Positions 27,231-37,219 of a stretch of DNA of 64,000 bases are shown here, piece after piece. Both the position numbers and the translations under genes were made by a program. The stretch is taken from NCBI GenBank assembly GCA_051010015.1, contig JBPCVZ010000098.1, forward strand, positions 7,587-71,586. The letters run 5' to 3'. The notes under the pieces were generated by a model that ran no database searches, was not told the DNA's origin, and saw nothing but the letters and a program-made list of their open reading frames with translations. Source of the stretch: Hyphomicrobiaceae bacterium (GTDB taxonomy: Bacteria; Pseudomonadota; Alphaproteobacteria; Rhizobiales; Hyphomicrobiaceae). How positions within the stretch are numbered: the first letter of the stretch is position 1; every line of letters starts with the position of its first letter.

Positions 27231-27254
27231 TCATTTCACTCTGGCTGAACGCTG

Positions 27255-28301
27255 CTATAGCGCCTTCGCCGCCTTCAGCTTGGCGAGGAGATCGGTCAGG
27301 CCCTGCTCTTTCAAAGCACGTTCGGCCATCTTGGCATCGTAGGTGCCTTTTGCGCCCTTCCAGGCCAACACGGCACCGGCGTTCCATTTTGCCTGCTCTT
27401 CCGCGTTCGGCTTGTAGTATGTTTTCACATTCTTCTTGATATTGGCCGCGCCTTTGGCGGTCCATTTGCCATCCAGGGCAATGGCTGCCGGAATTGTCTC
27501 ATCCATCGCCTTTTGGAGTGCTTCCTGGGCCCACTTCGGCAGTTTCTGGAAACGCTTTTCATGCATGTAGATGACGTTGGCACCCCAGGCACCGCCCATA
27601 ATCGTATAGTGCTTTGTAACTTCATGCAGCTTGCTAAGGTCCTGCCAGGGCTGCTGCACATACTGGCCGTTGACGACGCCCGTTTGCAGACCTTGGTAGA
27701 GCTGCGTCCAATCGTATGGGATCGGCACCCCGCCCCATGATTTGATCAAAGTGAATTCGACCGGGCTCTTGGTGACCCGGATCTTGATCCCTTTGAGGTC
27801 TTTCGGCTCCTTGACCGGGCGAACGCTGTTGCCAAGCGCGCGAAAGCCGCCAACCGAGAACACACCAAAGACGCGGAACGGTGTCTCCTTCAAAGCGCGC
27901 GCATGCAGCTCCTTGCCAAACCAGCCCAAGGCAAGCTTGTTCGCGTTGTCGGAGTCCTTGAAGATGAATGGTAGGTCGGTGATTGCGTAGGTGGCGGAAA
28001 AGTTACCGAAATTCGCCGTTGAGCTCGTTGCGATATCGACAAGCCCCTGCATCGCCTGCTCGCCGCACTTCTGTTCACCACAGATTGATCCCGACCAGTG
28101 CGGCACGACCTCCATCTTTCCGCCCGAGTACTCTTTGACCTTAGGCATCAGCACTTCGACGATTGCCTGGCCCATTGACACTTTTGGGTTGGCGACCGTG
28201 CCGAGTTTTAGAGTGATCTCTGCGGCAAGCGCCGGGCCCACAAGCACCGTCGAGGCAATGGCCGCCGTTGAGGCGAAAGTCACGAATTGTCCCAACTTCA
28301 T
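27255..28301 (-). CDS. TRAP transporter substrate-binding protein (DctP family)
   Basis: Signal peptide MKLGQFVTFASTAAIASTVLVGPALAA. DLPFIFKD. GGFRALGN contains the conserved carboxylate-binding Arg. Also DLKGIKIRV and LQTGVVNGQ. Confidence 0.9.
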   Translation of the reverse strand: MKLGQFVTFASTAAIASTVLVGPALAAEITLKLGTVANPKVSMGQAIVEVLMPKVKEYSGGKMEVVPHWSGSICGEQKCGEQAMQGLVDIATSSTANFGNFSATYAITDLPFIFKDSDNANKLALGWFGKELHARALKETPFRVFGVFSVGGFRALGNSVRPVKEPKDLKGIKIRVTKSPVEFTLIKSWGGVPIPYDWTQLYQGLQTGVVNGQYVQQPWQDLSKLHEVTKHYTIMGGAWGANVIYMHEKRFQKLPKWAQEALQKAMDETIPAAIALDGKWTAKGAANIKKNVKTYYKPNAEEQAKWNAGAVLAWKGAKGTYDAKMAERALKEQGLTDLLAKLKAAKAL

Positions 28302-28588
28302 TTTCAGCGTTCTCCCTGGGTCAGGCCGGCCTTGCCGGCCCGCAATTTGAATCAGGCCGTGCCGAGTAGCTATCTGATGAGCTGTGGTTGCCGTTCAACC
28401 ATTGCGCGATCTTTGCGAAGTTCACGTCAGGCTGGACCAACGATATTGCCGCTGCATGTTCAGACGAGCCACGAAGCACCGATGTTATCATTGACATCGA
28501 TTGCAAACGCTACATTGTCGCATAGGGCCCGTCAAACAAAGGGTTTGCTGTTGCTCGCCATGGCGCGCCAATCGATAGGTACGATGCG

Positions 28589-29620
28589 ATGAAGTTTGGA
28601 ACGTTTCACTTGATGGAGCAGCCGTTTAGCAAGACGGAAGCGCAAGTCTATCAAGAGCAAATGGTGCAGATGCAGCTTGCCGATACGCTCGGTTTCGACT
28701 GGGTTTGGCTCACCGAGCATCATTTTTCATCGTTGCCTCACGCACCCGATGTGCCGGGAGAATACTGCGTAAGTGCATCGCCATTCGCGATGGCGTGCGC
28801 CGTCTCGCAGATAACAAAGAGTGTGCGCATTGGCACGGCGATAAAGGTGTTGCCGCTCGAGCATCCGCTGCGCACGGCAGAAGACGTTGCAATGGCAGAC
28901 ATCATGAGTAACGGACGCATCGATTTTGGCGTCGGGCTTGGTTATCGCCAGTATGAATTTGATGGCCTTGGGGTTCCCATCGAAGAGAAGCAGGCGCGGT
29001 TCGAAGAGGCATTGAAGATCGTGCTGGGCGTATGGACGACCGATGAATTTTCCTACGATGGCCAATTCTGGAAAGTGCCGCGGATGACGCTGGTGCCGCG
29101 CCCCCTACAAAAGCCACACCCGCCCGTGTGGTATGCAACGCGCCTCGGAACGCCCGCCGCCATCGATTTCGCAGCCAGGAATGATTATCGCCTGCTATGT
29201 GCCTGGGCGCCGCGCCATGATCTCAAACTGACGTACGATCGCATGGCGCGCGCGCATTCCGAGCGCGGTCGTGAAGGCAAGCCGTTTGACTTTACGTGCC
29301 TACGCCACGTGTTCGTGGGTGAAAGTGATGCCGACGCCAAGCGACGCGGCACGGAATACATCGAGTACTATATGGAATCGACCAAGTTCTTTCGGCCGAT
29401 CGGTGACCACGAACGCGACGAAATGATTTTCGGCGGGCCGCAGACCTGCATCGATAAGATCACCAGTCTTGGCCTCGAAACCGGGGTCAACAATCTTATT
29501 TGTTGGATGAACTTCGGTGGCCTGCCGCAAAACATGGTCGAAGCCTCAATGAAACTGTTTTCGCAAGAGGTCGTTCCCGGCGTGCGCAAGTGCCTTGGCT
29601 CAACTCAGTCCTTGCATTGA
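28589..29620 (+). CDS. LLM-class flavin-dependent oxidoreductase (luciferase-like monooxygenase)
   Basis: MKFGTFHLMEQP..., GFDWVWLTEHHF, SNGRIDFGVGLGY, PRPLQKPHPPVW. Confidence 0.85.
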   Translation: MKFGTFHLMEQPFSKTEAQVYQEQMVQMQLADTLGFDWVWLTEHHFSSLPHAPDVPGEYCVSASPFAMACAVSQITKSVRIGTAIKVLPLEHPLRTAEDVAMADIMSNGRIDFGVGLGYRQYEFDGLGVPIEEKQARFEEALKIVLGVWTTDEFSYDGQFWKVPRMTLVPRPLQKPHPPVWYATRLGTPAAIDFAARNDYRLLCAWAPRHDLKLTYDRMARAHSERGREGKPFDFTCLRHVFVGESDADAKRRGTEYIEYYMESTKFFRPIGDHERDEMIFGGPQTCIDKITSLGLETGVNNLICWMNFGGLPQNMVEASMKLFSQEVVPGVRKCLGSTQSLH

Positions 29621-29786
29621 ACGATGCATCAATTGCAATGATTCACGACAAGACAATACGTTCGTCATCGGCGTCCAACGACGGCGAGCCGTCCGAACTC
29701 GGTTGCTTCGTTGTCTGGACTGGCTCGGCGCCGCCGCCTTGTGCAATGCTGACGAACCGGAAGGTTTGAAACAAGGCGCTAAACTC

Positions 29787-30119
29787 ATGACCATTACTGT
29801 CGCACTCCTGATAAAGTACAACAACGACAAGAAGAAAGAGATGCTCGACGCACCGAGCGACCGTGCCGCGGTTTCTCGCAAGGCCGTCTCTGCCATGGGC
29901 GGCAAGCTACTTCATGCCTGGGGGACGTGTGGCGAATACGACATGATGTTTGTCTATGAGATGCCTGATATGACGACTGTCGCCGCGAACATGCATCTCG
30001 CGGAGGCAACGGGAATGTCGAAGTACCACAAGATCATCCCTCTGTTTAGCAATGAAGACTTTGTTGAGTCTCAAAGACGTGCCGGGACCCTGCGCGACAG
30101 TTATTCCGGCGTCACCTGA
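29787..30119 (+). CDS. GYD domain-containing protein
   Basis: 110 aa. ...AMGGKLLHAWGTCGEYDMMFVYEMPDMTTVAANMHLAEATG carries the G-x-YD motif and has the length of the GYD family. Trimmed from the 174-aa ORF to ATG 29787. Confidence 0.65.
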   Translation: MTITVALLIKYNNDKKKEMLDAPSDRAAVSRKAVSAMGGKLLHAWGTCGEYDMMFVYEMPDMTTVAANMHLAEATGMSKYHKIIPLFSNEDFVESQRRAGTLRDSYSGVT

Positions 30120-31849
30120 TCACTGGCTTTGCTGTGAGTGCGCGACGCCTGATCGGGAGGCGATTGCTTGACGTGATCGGCAGGATGCGTGCTAAGAGCC
30201 GAACTGTTCGTGCGACGGGTATCGCCCTTGCCCCAACCGCCACCGCCGGCTGTCTCCATGATTAGTTTGTCGCCTGCCTTTAGATGTCCAGCAAGCGTCT
30301 TGGACCCTAGGGGCGTGTTTGACCCGTCGACATGATGGATCAAGAAGCGCGCTGTCCGGCCGTCACTGCCGCCGGCGGCGCCCGGTGCTGGGTGCAACGC
30401 CCGCTCGAACAGCAGCGAGAATTGGACGTCGTCGACAAGTACAAGCACGGATCGGCGCACGCCCATACCACCATCGTCAAGGCCTTTGCCGCCAGACCCG
30501 TCGATCAGTTCATATGCATCGATCCGGATCGGTAACGCTGCCTCAACGGCTTCGATCGGCAGGTTCATGGTGTTTCCCATGTGCACGCGATGACCATCAA
30601 GGCCGGCACCACCACTGGACGCACCCATGCCGCCGCCGGTGGTTTCGAGATGCACGAACCGGCGATCTCGAATTGGGTCGACGCCACCAATCGCCCAAAC
30701 GCCGGCACATCCGTAACTCGCACCAATGGCCAATTCCGGTGCCGCCGGTGCTAGCGCTTCTAACAGCAGGTCGACCAGCCGGTTGGACATCTCGGTGTTG
30801 CCGGCCACCACAGGCGCCGGATATCGCGGGTTAACAAGGGTTCCTTCGGGAGCAGTGACGCGGAGCGGCCGATAGGCGCCCGAATTCGGCTGTACTTCGC
30901 CGCCGGCAAGTGCGAGGAGGACGTAGTTGCATGCCGATGTTGTGACGGAAAGCGGCGCGTTCATAGGGCCACGAGCTTGTGACGCGGTCCCGGTAAAATC
31001 ACAGTGGAGAGCGGTGCCGGTCTTTTCGATGGTGACGTGAATGCGCAGCGCACCATCACCGCAGTCTTCGACAAAGCCGTCGCCGTCGAGGTGCCGGGTG
31101 GCCGAGTAGATACCATCTGGCAACTTGGCAAGTGTTGCTTCAATGAGGCGATGGCTATAGGTCTGTGTCGCGCCCAGGATCTTAACCAAGGTCAAGGCAC
31201 CGTATCGCTCGGCCAGGCTCTCGGCGCGTTCGACGCCGCGCGTATTGCCAGCGATTTGCGCCTTGAAATCTCCGATGCGATCCAGCGGAACGCGAACATT
31301 CGCGAACAGCACTGACCAGAGTTCGTCGTCGACCACGCCGGCCTTGATGATCTTGATCGGCGGCAGGCGCAGGCCTTCCTTGATGATCTCGTCGGTGACC
31401 GACGAACTGCCGGGTGTTGCGCCGCCGACATCCGGCCAATGGACACGGCTTGCCGCGAAACCAATCAATTGATTGTCGGCGAAGATCCCCGTGAGCAGCG
31501 TCATATCTGGTAGATGCGAGCCGCCTGAATAGGGATCGTTGTTGAGCACGGCATCGCCGCGTTGCCATGTCTCGGCCGGATAGCGTGTGAGGATGCCGCG
31601 CGCCGAGTGCGGCATGGCACCGAGGTGTACGGGAATGTCGTTGCCTTGTGCGACCACCTGGCCATGAACGTCCAGGAGCGCACATGAAAGGTCGGCGGAA
31701 AGGCTGAGCAGCGGCGAGAATGACGCGCGCATAATAGAAGACTTCATCTCTTCGCAGATCGCATAGAGGCCGCTGCGCACAACCTCGAAGGTGACCGGGT
31801 CGACGCCGTCGAATAAGGCATTATCGTTTGTTGTCGTGACGCTGGACAT
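30101..31849 (-). CDS. Hydantoinase B/oxoprolinase family protein (HyuB-type subunit), second copy
   Basis: DPVTFEVVRSGLYAICEEMKSSIMRASFSPLLSLSADLSCALLD... and ...METAGGGGWG. The start overlaps the stop of the upstream HyuA gene (TAATG at 31847-31851). Confidence 0.9.
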   Translation of the reverse strand: MSSVTTTNDNALFDGVDPVTFEVVRSGLYAICEEMKSSIMRASFSPLLSLSADLSCALLDVHGQVVAQGNDIPVHLGAMPHSARGILTRYPAETWQRGDAVLNNDPYSGGSHLPDMTLLTGIFADNQLIGFAASRVHWPDVGGATPGSSSVTDEIIKEGLRLPPIKIIKAGVVDDELWSVLFANVRVPLDRIGDFKAQIAGNTRGVERAESLAERYGALTLVKILGATQTYSHRLIEATLAKLPDGIYSATRHLDGDGFVEDCGDGALRIHVTIEKTGTALHCDFTGTASQARGPMNAPLSVTTSACNYVLLALAGGEVQPNSGAYRPLRVTAPEGTLVNPRYPAPVVAGNTEMSNRLVDLLLEALAPAAPELAIGASYGCAGVWAIGGVDPIRDRRFVHLETTGGGMGASSGGAGLDGHRVHMGNTMNLPIEAVEAALPIRIDAYELIDGSGGKGLDDGGMGVRRSVLVLVDDVQFSLLFERALHPAPGAAGGSDGRTARFLIHHVDGSNTPLGSKTLAGHLKAGDKLIMETAGGGGWGKGDTRRTNSSALSTHPADHVKQSPPDQASRTHSKASDQVTPE

Positions 31850-33933
31850 TATGCTTCCACCCCAATCGACAATGAACCGCTCTCACCAACCGTGACGACT
31901 TGTCCGTCCAGAACGCGAATGGTAGCCCCAAAATCCTCGATGATAACGGGTCCGACCAAGCGTTCGCTGGGCGATAACGACCCACGGGCGACTACATCCA
32001 TCGCGACGTGATCGTCGCCTGATATCCAAACCTGTCGCGTGCGTCGTGATTGCATCTCGCTGTGCGTCGCGCTCTGACGAACACGGCTGCCTTGGAACAC
32101 CGGTGCACGCGCAACGAGGCGCAGGTTGACGATCTCGACCACATGGTTTGGTAGATCGAAGCCATAGACCTCGATGTATTTATCACGAAAGTGGCGTTCT
32201 AGGTTGACGGGTTCCAGGTCACCATCTCGGTCGGCCGACACAGTCAATTCGAACAACTGGCCTTCAAAGCGCAGGTCGATGTTCCTCTCCGTTACGCGTT
32301 CCAGTGCGTCATTGGCAACGTCAGCTTGCATCAACGTGTCGGCTTTGTCCTCAAGCGCATGAAATAATTTGCGTAGCGCATTGGAGTCGACCTGCGAGAC
32401 CCGGCGCAGATAGGTCTGCACAAGGTCATGACGGTACTCTCCGAGGATCGTGCCGATCGCGCTGAACAAACCCGGATAGGCGGGTATGATAATCCGCGGA
32501 ATTCCGACGTCACGGGCGATTTCCGCGGCGTGCAGAGGGCCGGCGCCCCCGAAGGCGACCAGCGCAAAATCGCGCGGGTCCAGGCCGCGGCGCAGCGTTG
32601 CCAAGCGTACCATCTCGGCCATGTTGGCATTTGCAAGTCTAAGTATCCCGAGCGCGACAGTACGTATTGACCAGCCAAGCGGTTCGGCCAAATGCCGCGC
32701 GATGGCGGCTTCGGCTAGATTGCGGAAAATGGCGACATCTTCGTTGGCAAAACCGTCCGCAGCGATATGCCCCAAGACAACGTGCGCATCGGTGACGGTG
32801 GGGTGTTCGCCGCCCTTGCCGTAGGCGGCCGGCCCTGGCGCGGCGCCAGTGCTCTCCGGGCCGACCTTGATAACACCGGCCGAGTCCAGCCGTGCCACTG
32901 AGCCGCCGCCGGAGCCAATCTCTATGATATCGACAGCTGGGCTCGTGATCGGGTATCCGCCGAGGTTCCGGCCATTGACGAATTGATCGGCATGAAATTC
33001 CGTGCTGAGGCGTGGCTCGCCGTCAACGATCACACCGGCCTTCGCGGTTGTCCCGCCCATATCGAAGGCGATCAGGTTCGACCGTCCTTCGACGCGACCC
33101 AACGTAGCGGTGGCGATGACGCCAGCGGCTGGCCCCGACTCGATAAGGTGCACGGGGTAGCGCTTGGCGTTCGTTGTGGATGTGAGACCGCCGTTCGATT
33201 TGGTGATCGAAAGCGTGTCGATCTTGCGGACACGCAATTGGCTCTCGAGTGACTCGACATAATGAGCGACGGCAGGACCGATATATCCGTTGACGGTCGT
33301 CGTGCTGGTTCGTTCGAACTCACGGAACGCACCGCTGACATCACTCGACCGGGTGATGTAGATATTCGGGAAGGCGTCTCGGAGCGCGTTTGCGAGCAGG
33401 CACTCGTGAGCATCGTTGGCATATGCATGCAGCAGACTGATGGCGACGGCCTCGACTTTTGACTGCCGCACGAGTTCGGCCAGACGCTCGATCTCGGCTT
33501 TGGTCAACCGTTTCTCGATGCTGCCATCGAATAGGATCCGCTCATTGGCTTCGAAACGCAGGGCGCGCGGCGTCAATGGCGGTGATACGACGGGCTTCAT
33601 ATCGTAAAGGCGCGGACGTGCCTGGCGACGCAGGGCGAGGACATCGCGGAAACCTTTTGTCGTGATGAGGGCCGTGATGGCACCGCGCTTCTCGATCAGG
33701 GTGTTTGTGCCAACCGTTGTCCCGTGAAAGATTGCGCTTGCCTGCATCTTGGTGCGCTCGACAAAGCGATCGACGCCCTGAACCGCTGCATTGGCCGGAT
33801 TGTCCGGGGTCGATGGCAGTTTGAAGACGGCGGCCACGGTTCCACTGTTGCGGTCTAGCGCGAAAATATCGGTAAACGTGCCGCCGACATCGATGCCTAT
33901 AGCAATATCTGGGTGTGAGGGAGATTTGATCAT
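31849..33933 (-). CDS. Hydantoinase/oxoprolinase family protein (HyuA-type subunit), second copy
   Basis: IAIGIDVGGTFTDIFALD ASKHA-fold N-terminus and FDMGGTTAK. 694 aa after trimming the 834-aa track ORF to ATG 33933 (MIKSPSHPD...). Confidence 0.9.
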   Translation of the reverse strand: MIKSPSHPDIAIGIDVGGTFTDIFALDRNSGTVAAVFKLPSTPDNPANAAVQGVDRFVERTKMQASAIFHGTTVGTNTLIEKRGAITALITTKGFRDVLALRRQARPRLYDMKPVVSPPLTPRALRFEANERILFDGSIEKRLTKAEIERLAELVRQSKVEAVAISLLHAYANDAHECLLANALRDAFPNIYITRSSDVSGAFREFERTSTTTVNGYIGPAVAHYVESLESQLRVRKIDTLSITKSNGGLTSTTNAKRYPVHLIESGPAAGVIATATLGRVEGRSNLIAFDMGGTTAKAGVIVDGEPRLSTEFHADQFVNGRNLGGYPITSPAVDIIEIGSGGGSVARLDSAGVIKVGPESTGAAPGPAAYGKGGEHPTVTDAHVVLGHIAADGFANEDVAIFRNLAEAAIARHLAEPLGWSIRTVALGILRLANANMAEMVRLATLRRGLDPRDFALVAFGGAGPLHAAEIARDVGIPRIIIPAYPGLFSAIGTILGEYRHDLVQTYLRRVSQVDSNALRKLFHALEDKADTLMQADVANDALERVTERNIDLRFEGQLFELTVSADRDGDLEPVNLERHFRDKYIEVYGFDLPNHVVEIVNLRLVARAPVFQGSRVRQSATHSEMQSRRTRQVWISGDDHVAMDVVARGSLSPSERLVGPVIIEDFGATIRVLDGQVVTVGESGSLSIGVEA

Positions 33934-34189
33934 TCTAGACCTGCGATTGGTTTGTCGGCGTCTTCTATCGAGCGCGCCAAGATATTGCGATGATGCATCA
34001 CATTTCGGTAGGGTGTGAAGACTGCAAAGTTGACGCTGATCATTCGGAAGGTTGTTCAGTTTGGAACGAACGCTCCAAAACAATTTGAAGTCGAATGAGA
34101 TCCACTTTCTGCGAGTTTCGTCGGAAGTGCGCCAGTGGCGACGCGCAGAGACGTGGAACCGACTAGAATGACGCAACAGGCAACGGAAC

Positions 34190-35056
34190 ATGGCAATCAC
34201 TGAGAATCGCAATGACCTCATCTTCCATCCGGACCCGCGGTCTGTTGCAACAGGTCGTGCTGCTCGGTTGCAGTATCGAGCCAAAGAGCTCGCACCATTT
34301 ACGCAGACGACTGGCGTTGCCGCCGGATATGTGCAGGGCAGCCCGGTAATCATTCCCAGTGTCCTCGCTCTCGACTTTCTGACTATGTGTCAGCGCAACC
34401 CAAAGCCTTGCCCGCTCATCGCGGTTTCGAACCCAGGTGATCCGTCGCTACCGACGCTTGGTCACGATATTGACGTGCGTACAGATATCGGCGGTTATCG
34501 CGTCTGGCGGCGTGGTGAACTTGTCGATGAGGTGGCCGATATTGGCGGATTATGGCGCAATGACTTCGTCACCTTCGTCATCGGTTGCTCCTATTCTTTC
34601 GAAGATGCCCTGATGCGCGACGGGCTCGAATTGCGCCATCACACGGAAAATTCATGTGTGCCGATGTATCGAACGAGCCTGCCGCTGGTGTCGTCAGGCC
34701 CCTTCTCGGGCAACGTGTGTGTGTCGATGCGTCCGTTCAGAGCACGCGATGCGATCCGGGCCATCGAGATCACCAGTCGATTTCCACTGACGCACGGTAC
34801 GCCGGTCCATCTTGGCGATCCCACGGAAATCGGCATCACGGACCTAGCGGCGCCGCTTGTCGGCGACCCTGTCACCGTTCGTCCAGGGGAACTACCAGTG
34901 TTCTGGGGATGTGGGATCACACCACAGTATTCCCTGCTTTCGGCGCGGCCGGAGATCGCGATCACGCATAAGCCGGGATGCTTGTTGGTCTCGGATGTAT
35001 TGTCGACATCGGATGCGATGGATCTGCCGGCCGTGCAAAGCTCGAACGTCCACTGA
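34190..35056 (+). CDS. DUF1445 / UPF0317 'putative hydro-lyase' (D-glutamate cyclase-like) protein
   Basis: [63 protein letters not shown] and [11 protein letters not shown]...[10 protein letters not shown] are the family's conserved blocks as I recall them. Confidence 0.8.
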   Translation: MAITENRNDLIFHPDPRSVATGRAARLQYRAKELAPFTQTTGVAAGYVQGSPVIIPSVLALDFLTMCQRNPKPCPLIAVSNPGDPSLPTLGHDIDVRTDIGGYRVWRRGELVDEVADIGGLWRNDFVTFVIGCSYSFEDALMRDGLELRHHTENSCVPMYRTSLPLVSSGPFSGNVCVSMRPFRARDAIRAIEITSRFPLTHGTPVHLGDPTEIGITDLAAPLVGDPVTVRPGELPVFWGCGITPQYSLLSARPEIAITHKPGCLLVSDVLSTSDAMDLPAVQSSNVH

Positions 35057-35141
35057 AGCGGTCGGCAGTCATCAGGCGCCACCTGTCAATACGGCTGGCG
35101 CAGAGCTCACGTCAGGGGCCGTCATTTGATCTAAGCGGTGA

Positions 35142-37082
35142 TCACGTGACGGCACCTGAATGTGCTTTGTCCCGCTGATTGGCGATGTGCGGCACAATGA
35201 TGCCAATCGCCAACAATGCGAAGAAGGCCAACAAAATGATGATCTGCTGGTCGAACACGTAGCCAAGACCGACAATCGCAGCGGACCCAAGCACGACACG
35301 CAAAAGTGGACCGATGGGCCGGAGCATATAACCGTACATGGCAGCCGACCCGGCAATGCTTGCCAGCACAAGGCATCCGATCGCTGTCCATCCCTGGATA
35401 CCCACCTTGTCGGGAAAACCGAGAATCGCAGGCGTAAACGCCATGGCGAACGGCAATAGATACCCGACAATGGAGAGGCGGATCGAATGCGCGCAGGCCT
35501 CGAGGAAACCGCAGCCGGCTATTCGACTGGCCGCCAGAACCGAAAGTGCAACCGGCGGCGTTAGAGTTGAGAGGATGGCGAAGTAGAAGGCGAAGAAGTT
35601 GGCGGCGAACATGTCGACACCGGCGTCGATCATCAGCGGAACGACGGTGACGAACATGACGACGTAGGCAACCGGTGTCGGCAATTCCATGCCGAGCAAG
35701 ATGGCAACGACGGCTGAAATCAGCAGGATCGGAATGAGTTCGACGCCGACGAGACCAATAACACTCTGGCTGAGCTTCGTTGCGATATTGGTGGTCAGCG
35801 CGACTTGCGCCAGGATGCCGACAAGCGCCAGGATTAGCGCCAACTGCGATCCAACCTTCGCGGCTTCGGTAAATCCTTCACTCCATTGCGCTAGGCTGGG
35901 CCGGGTCTCTTTTTGAACCAGGGCTACCAAGACCATCGTGAGAATGCCCGCGAACGCCGCATAACCCGGTGAGTAATAGCCAACCAGCAGCCAGATCACG
36001 ACCGTCATTGGCAGCACGAATACGGGAAGCGTGCGCAGGACGAGGCGCATGCTAACGTCCATCTTGGGTGGGTTGAGGCCGGCTGAACGGATAAGGAAGT
36101 AAACGCCGATGCCCGCGCTGATATAGAACAGCAGCGCCGGAATCAGCGCTTTCTTCATAATCTCGACGTAGGGCACTTCGAGGAACGACGACATCAGGAA
36201 TGCGGCCGAGCCCATGATCGGTGGCATAATCTGACCGCCGGTCGAGGCGACGGCCTCAATGGCCGCGGCATGCTGTGGTTTGAAGCCGGTTTGCTTCATC
36301 GTCGGAATGGTAGCCGAGCCTGTCAGGACAACGTTAGCGACCGCTGCGCCCGTGACAGTGCCAACGAAACCGGAGCCGATAACCGCTGGAAACGCTGCGC
36401 CGCCGCGTACCAAATTGCCCACTGCCTTGCCGAGTTCGAGAAACAGCGGCAACACGCCGGTATAGCGAAAGAGTGATCCAAAAATGACAAACAGAAAGAT
36501 CACATCCGCGGAGACCTTAAGGATCGGACCGAACATTCCGAGCGTGAGGCTCGCACCCATGTACGACATGATGAAGTTCATCTCGTACTCCGGGTGACCT
36601 AGTGCTCCGGGGATATTGTGCCCCCAAATGAAGTATACGATCGAGGCAAGCGTAAAGAGCGTGATGATGCCGCCCCAGTGTATCCAGCACAGAACCATGA
36701 TTGCCGAAACGGCAAAGCCGGTCACGATCATGGCCGTCTCGGTGATGAAGGGTTGCGAAAGCTCAAGCTCCAGCGCATTCACGGCATAATATGCCATGGT
36801 CGCGAGGCCGGTGATCAGGGCATAGACTGCAGCCACCATCTTGAGCTTGTTGATGCCACGGTCCCAACCGGCAGCTGCATCTGCGATTGCAGCAAGCGCC
36901 GCGATGACCAGGATGATGGTGAGATGCGCAATGTAGTGATAGGTCGAGTCCCATATGTTCACATGGACAAGCAGCATGTGGTAGGCGACGGCGGCGATGC
37001 CCAGCACCGTCATTAGCCATTTTGCGGCGCGGGCGACGCCCCATGATGACGTCTCCTGGGTCGGACTTTCGGGCGAGGTCAT
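35142..37082 (-). CDS. TAXI-type TRAP transporter fused (DctQM-like) permease
   Basis: ~646-aa polytopic membrane protein immediately downstream of a TAXI-family binding protein. Start ambiguous (ATG 37082 or GTG 37121). Confidence 0.85.
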   Translation of the reverse strand: MTSPESPTQETSSWGVARAAKWLMTVLGIAAVAYHMLLVHVNIWDSTYHYIAHLTIILVIAALAAIADAAAGWDRGINKLKMVAAVYALITGLATMAYYAVNALELELSQPFITETAMIVTGFAVSAIMVLCWIHWGGIITLFTLASIVYFIWGHNIPGALGHPEYEMNFIMSYMGASLTLGMFGPILKVSADVIFLFVIFGSLFRYTGVLPLFLELGKAVGNLVRGGAAFPAVIGSGFVGTVTGAAVANVVLTGSATIPTMKQTGFKPQHAAAIEAVASTGGQIMPPIMGSAAFLMSSFLEVPYVEIMKKALIPALLFYISAGIGVYFLIRSAGLNPPKMDVSMRLVLRTLPVFVLPMTVVIWLLVGYYSPGYAAFAGILTMVLVALVQKETRPSLAQWSEGFTEAAKVGSQLALILALVGILAQVALTTNIATKLSQSVIGLVGVELIPILLISAVVAILLGMELPTPVAYVVMFVTVVPLMIDAGVDMFAANFFAFYFAILSTLTPPVALSVLAASRIAGCGFLEACAHSIRLSIVGYLLPFAMAFTPAILGFPDKVGIQGWTAIGCLVLASIAGSAAMYGYMLRPIGPLLRVVLGSAAIVGLGYVFDQQIIILLAFFALLAIGIIVPHIANQRDKAHSGAVT

Positions 37083-37219
37083 GCCGATCAGCCTTGGGTA
37101 TTGGGCCGACCAGCATGCCACGTGCCGGCTGCACTTTAGGAAGGCAAGCTGATCGACTGTTCAAAGGGATGTCGGACGCGCCAAATCGTCATTGGCGCAT
37201 CGCACGGATGTTGAATAAG

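Noticed and set aside
28324-28340. GC-only hairpin GGCCGGC-ctt-GCCGGCC, 23 nt upstream of the dctP start codon, considered as a riboswitch or attenuator.
   Set aside because: The 7-bp stem is too short and simple, has no alternative pairing and no recognisable riboswitch core. It is more likely a 5'-UTR stabilising stem, or chance in GC-rich DNA.
33934-34353. 140-aa N-terminal extension of the 834-aa ORF (31849-34353) upstream of HyuA.
   Set aside because: The HyuA family N-terminus (IAIGIDVGGTFTD) begins a few residues after ATG 33933. The extension is Arg/Cys/Ser-rich, has no homology signal, and overlaps the start of the divergent DUF1445 gene (34190).
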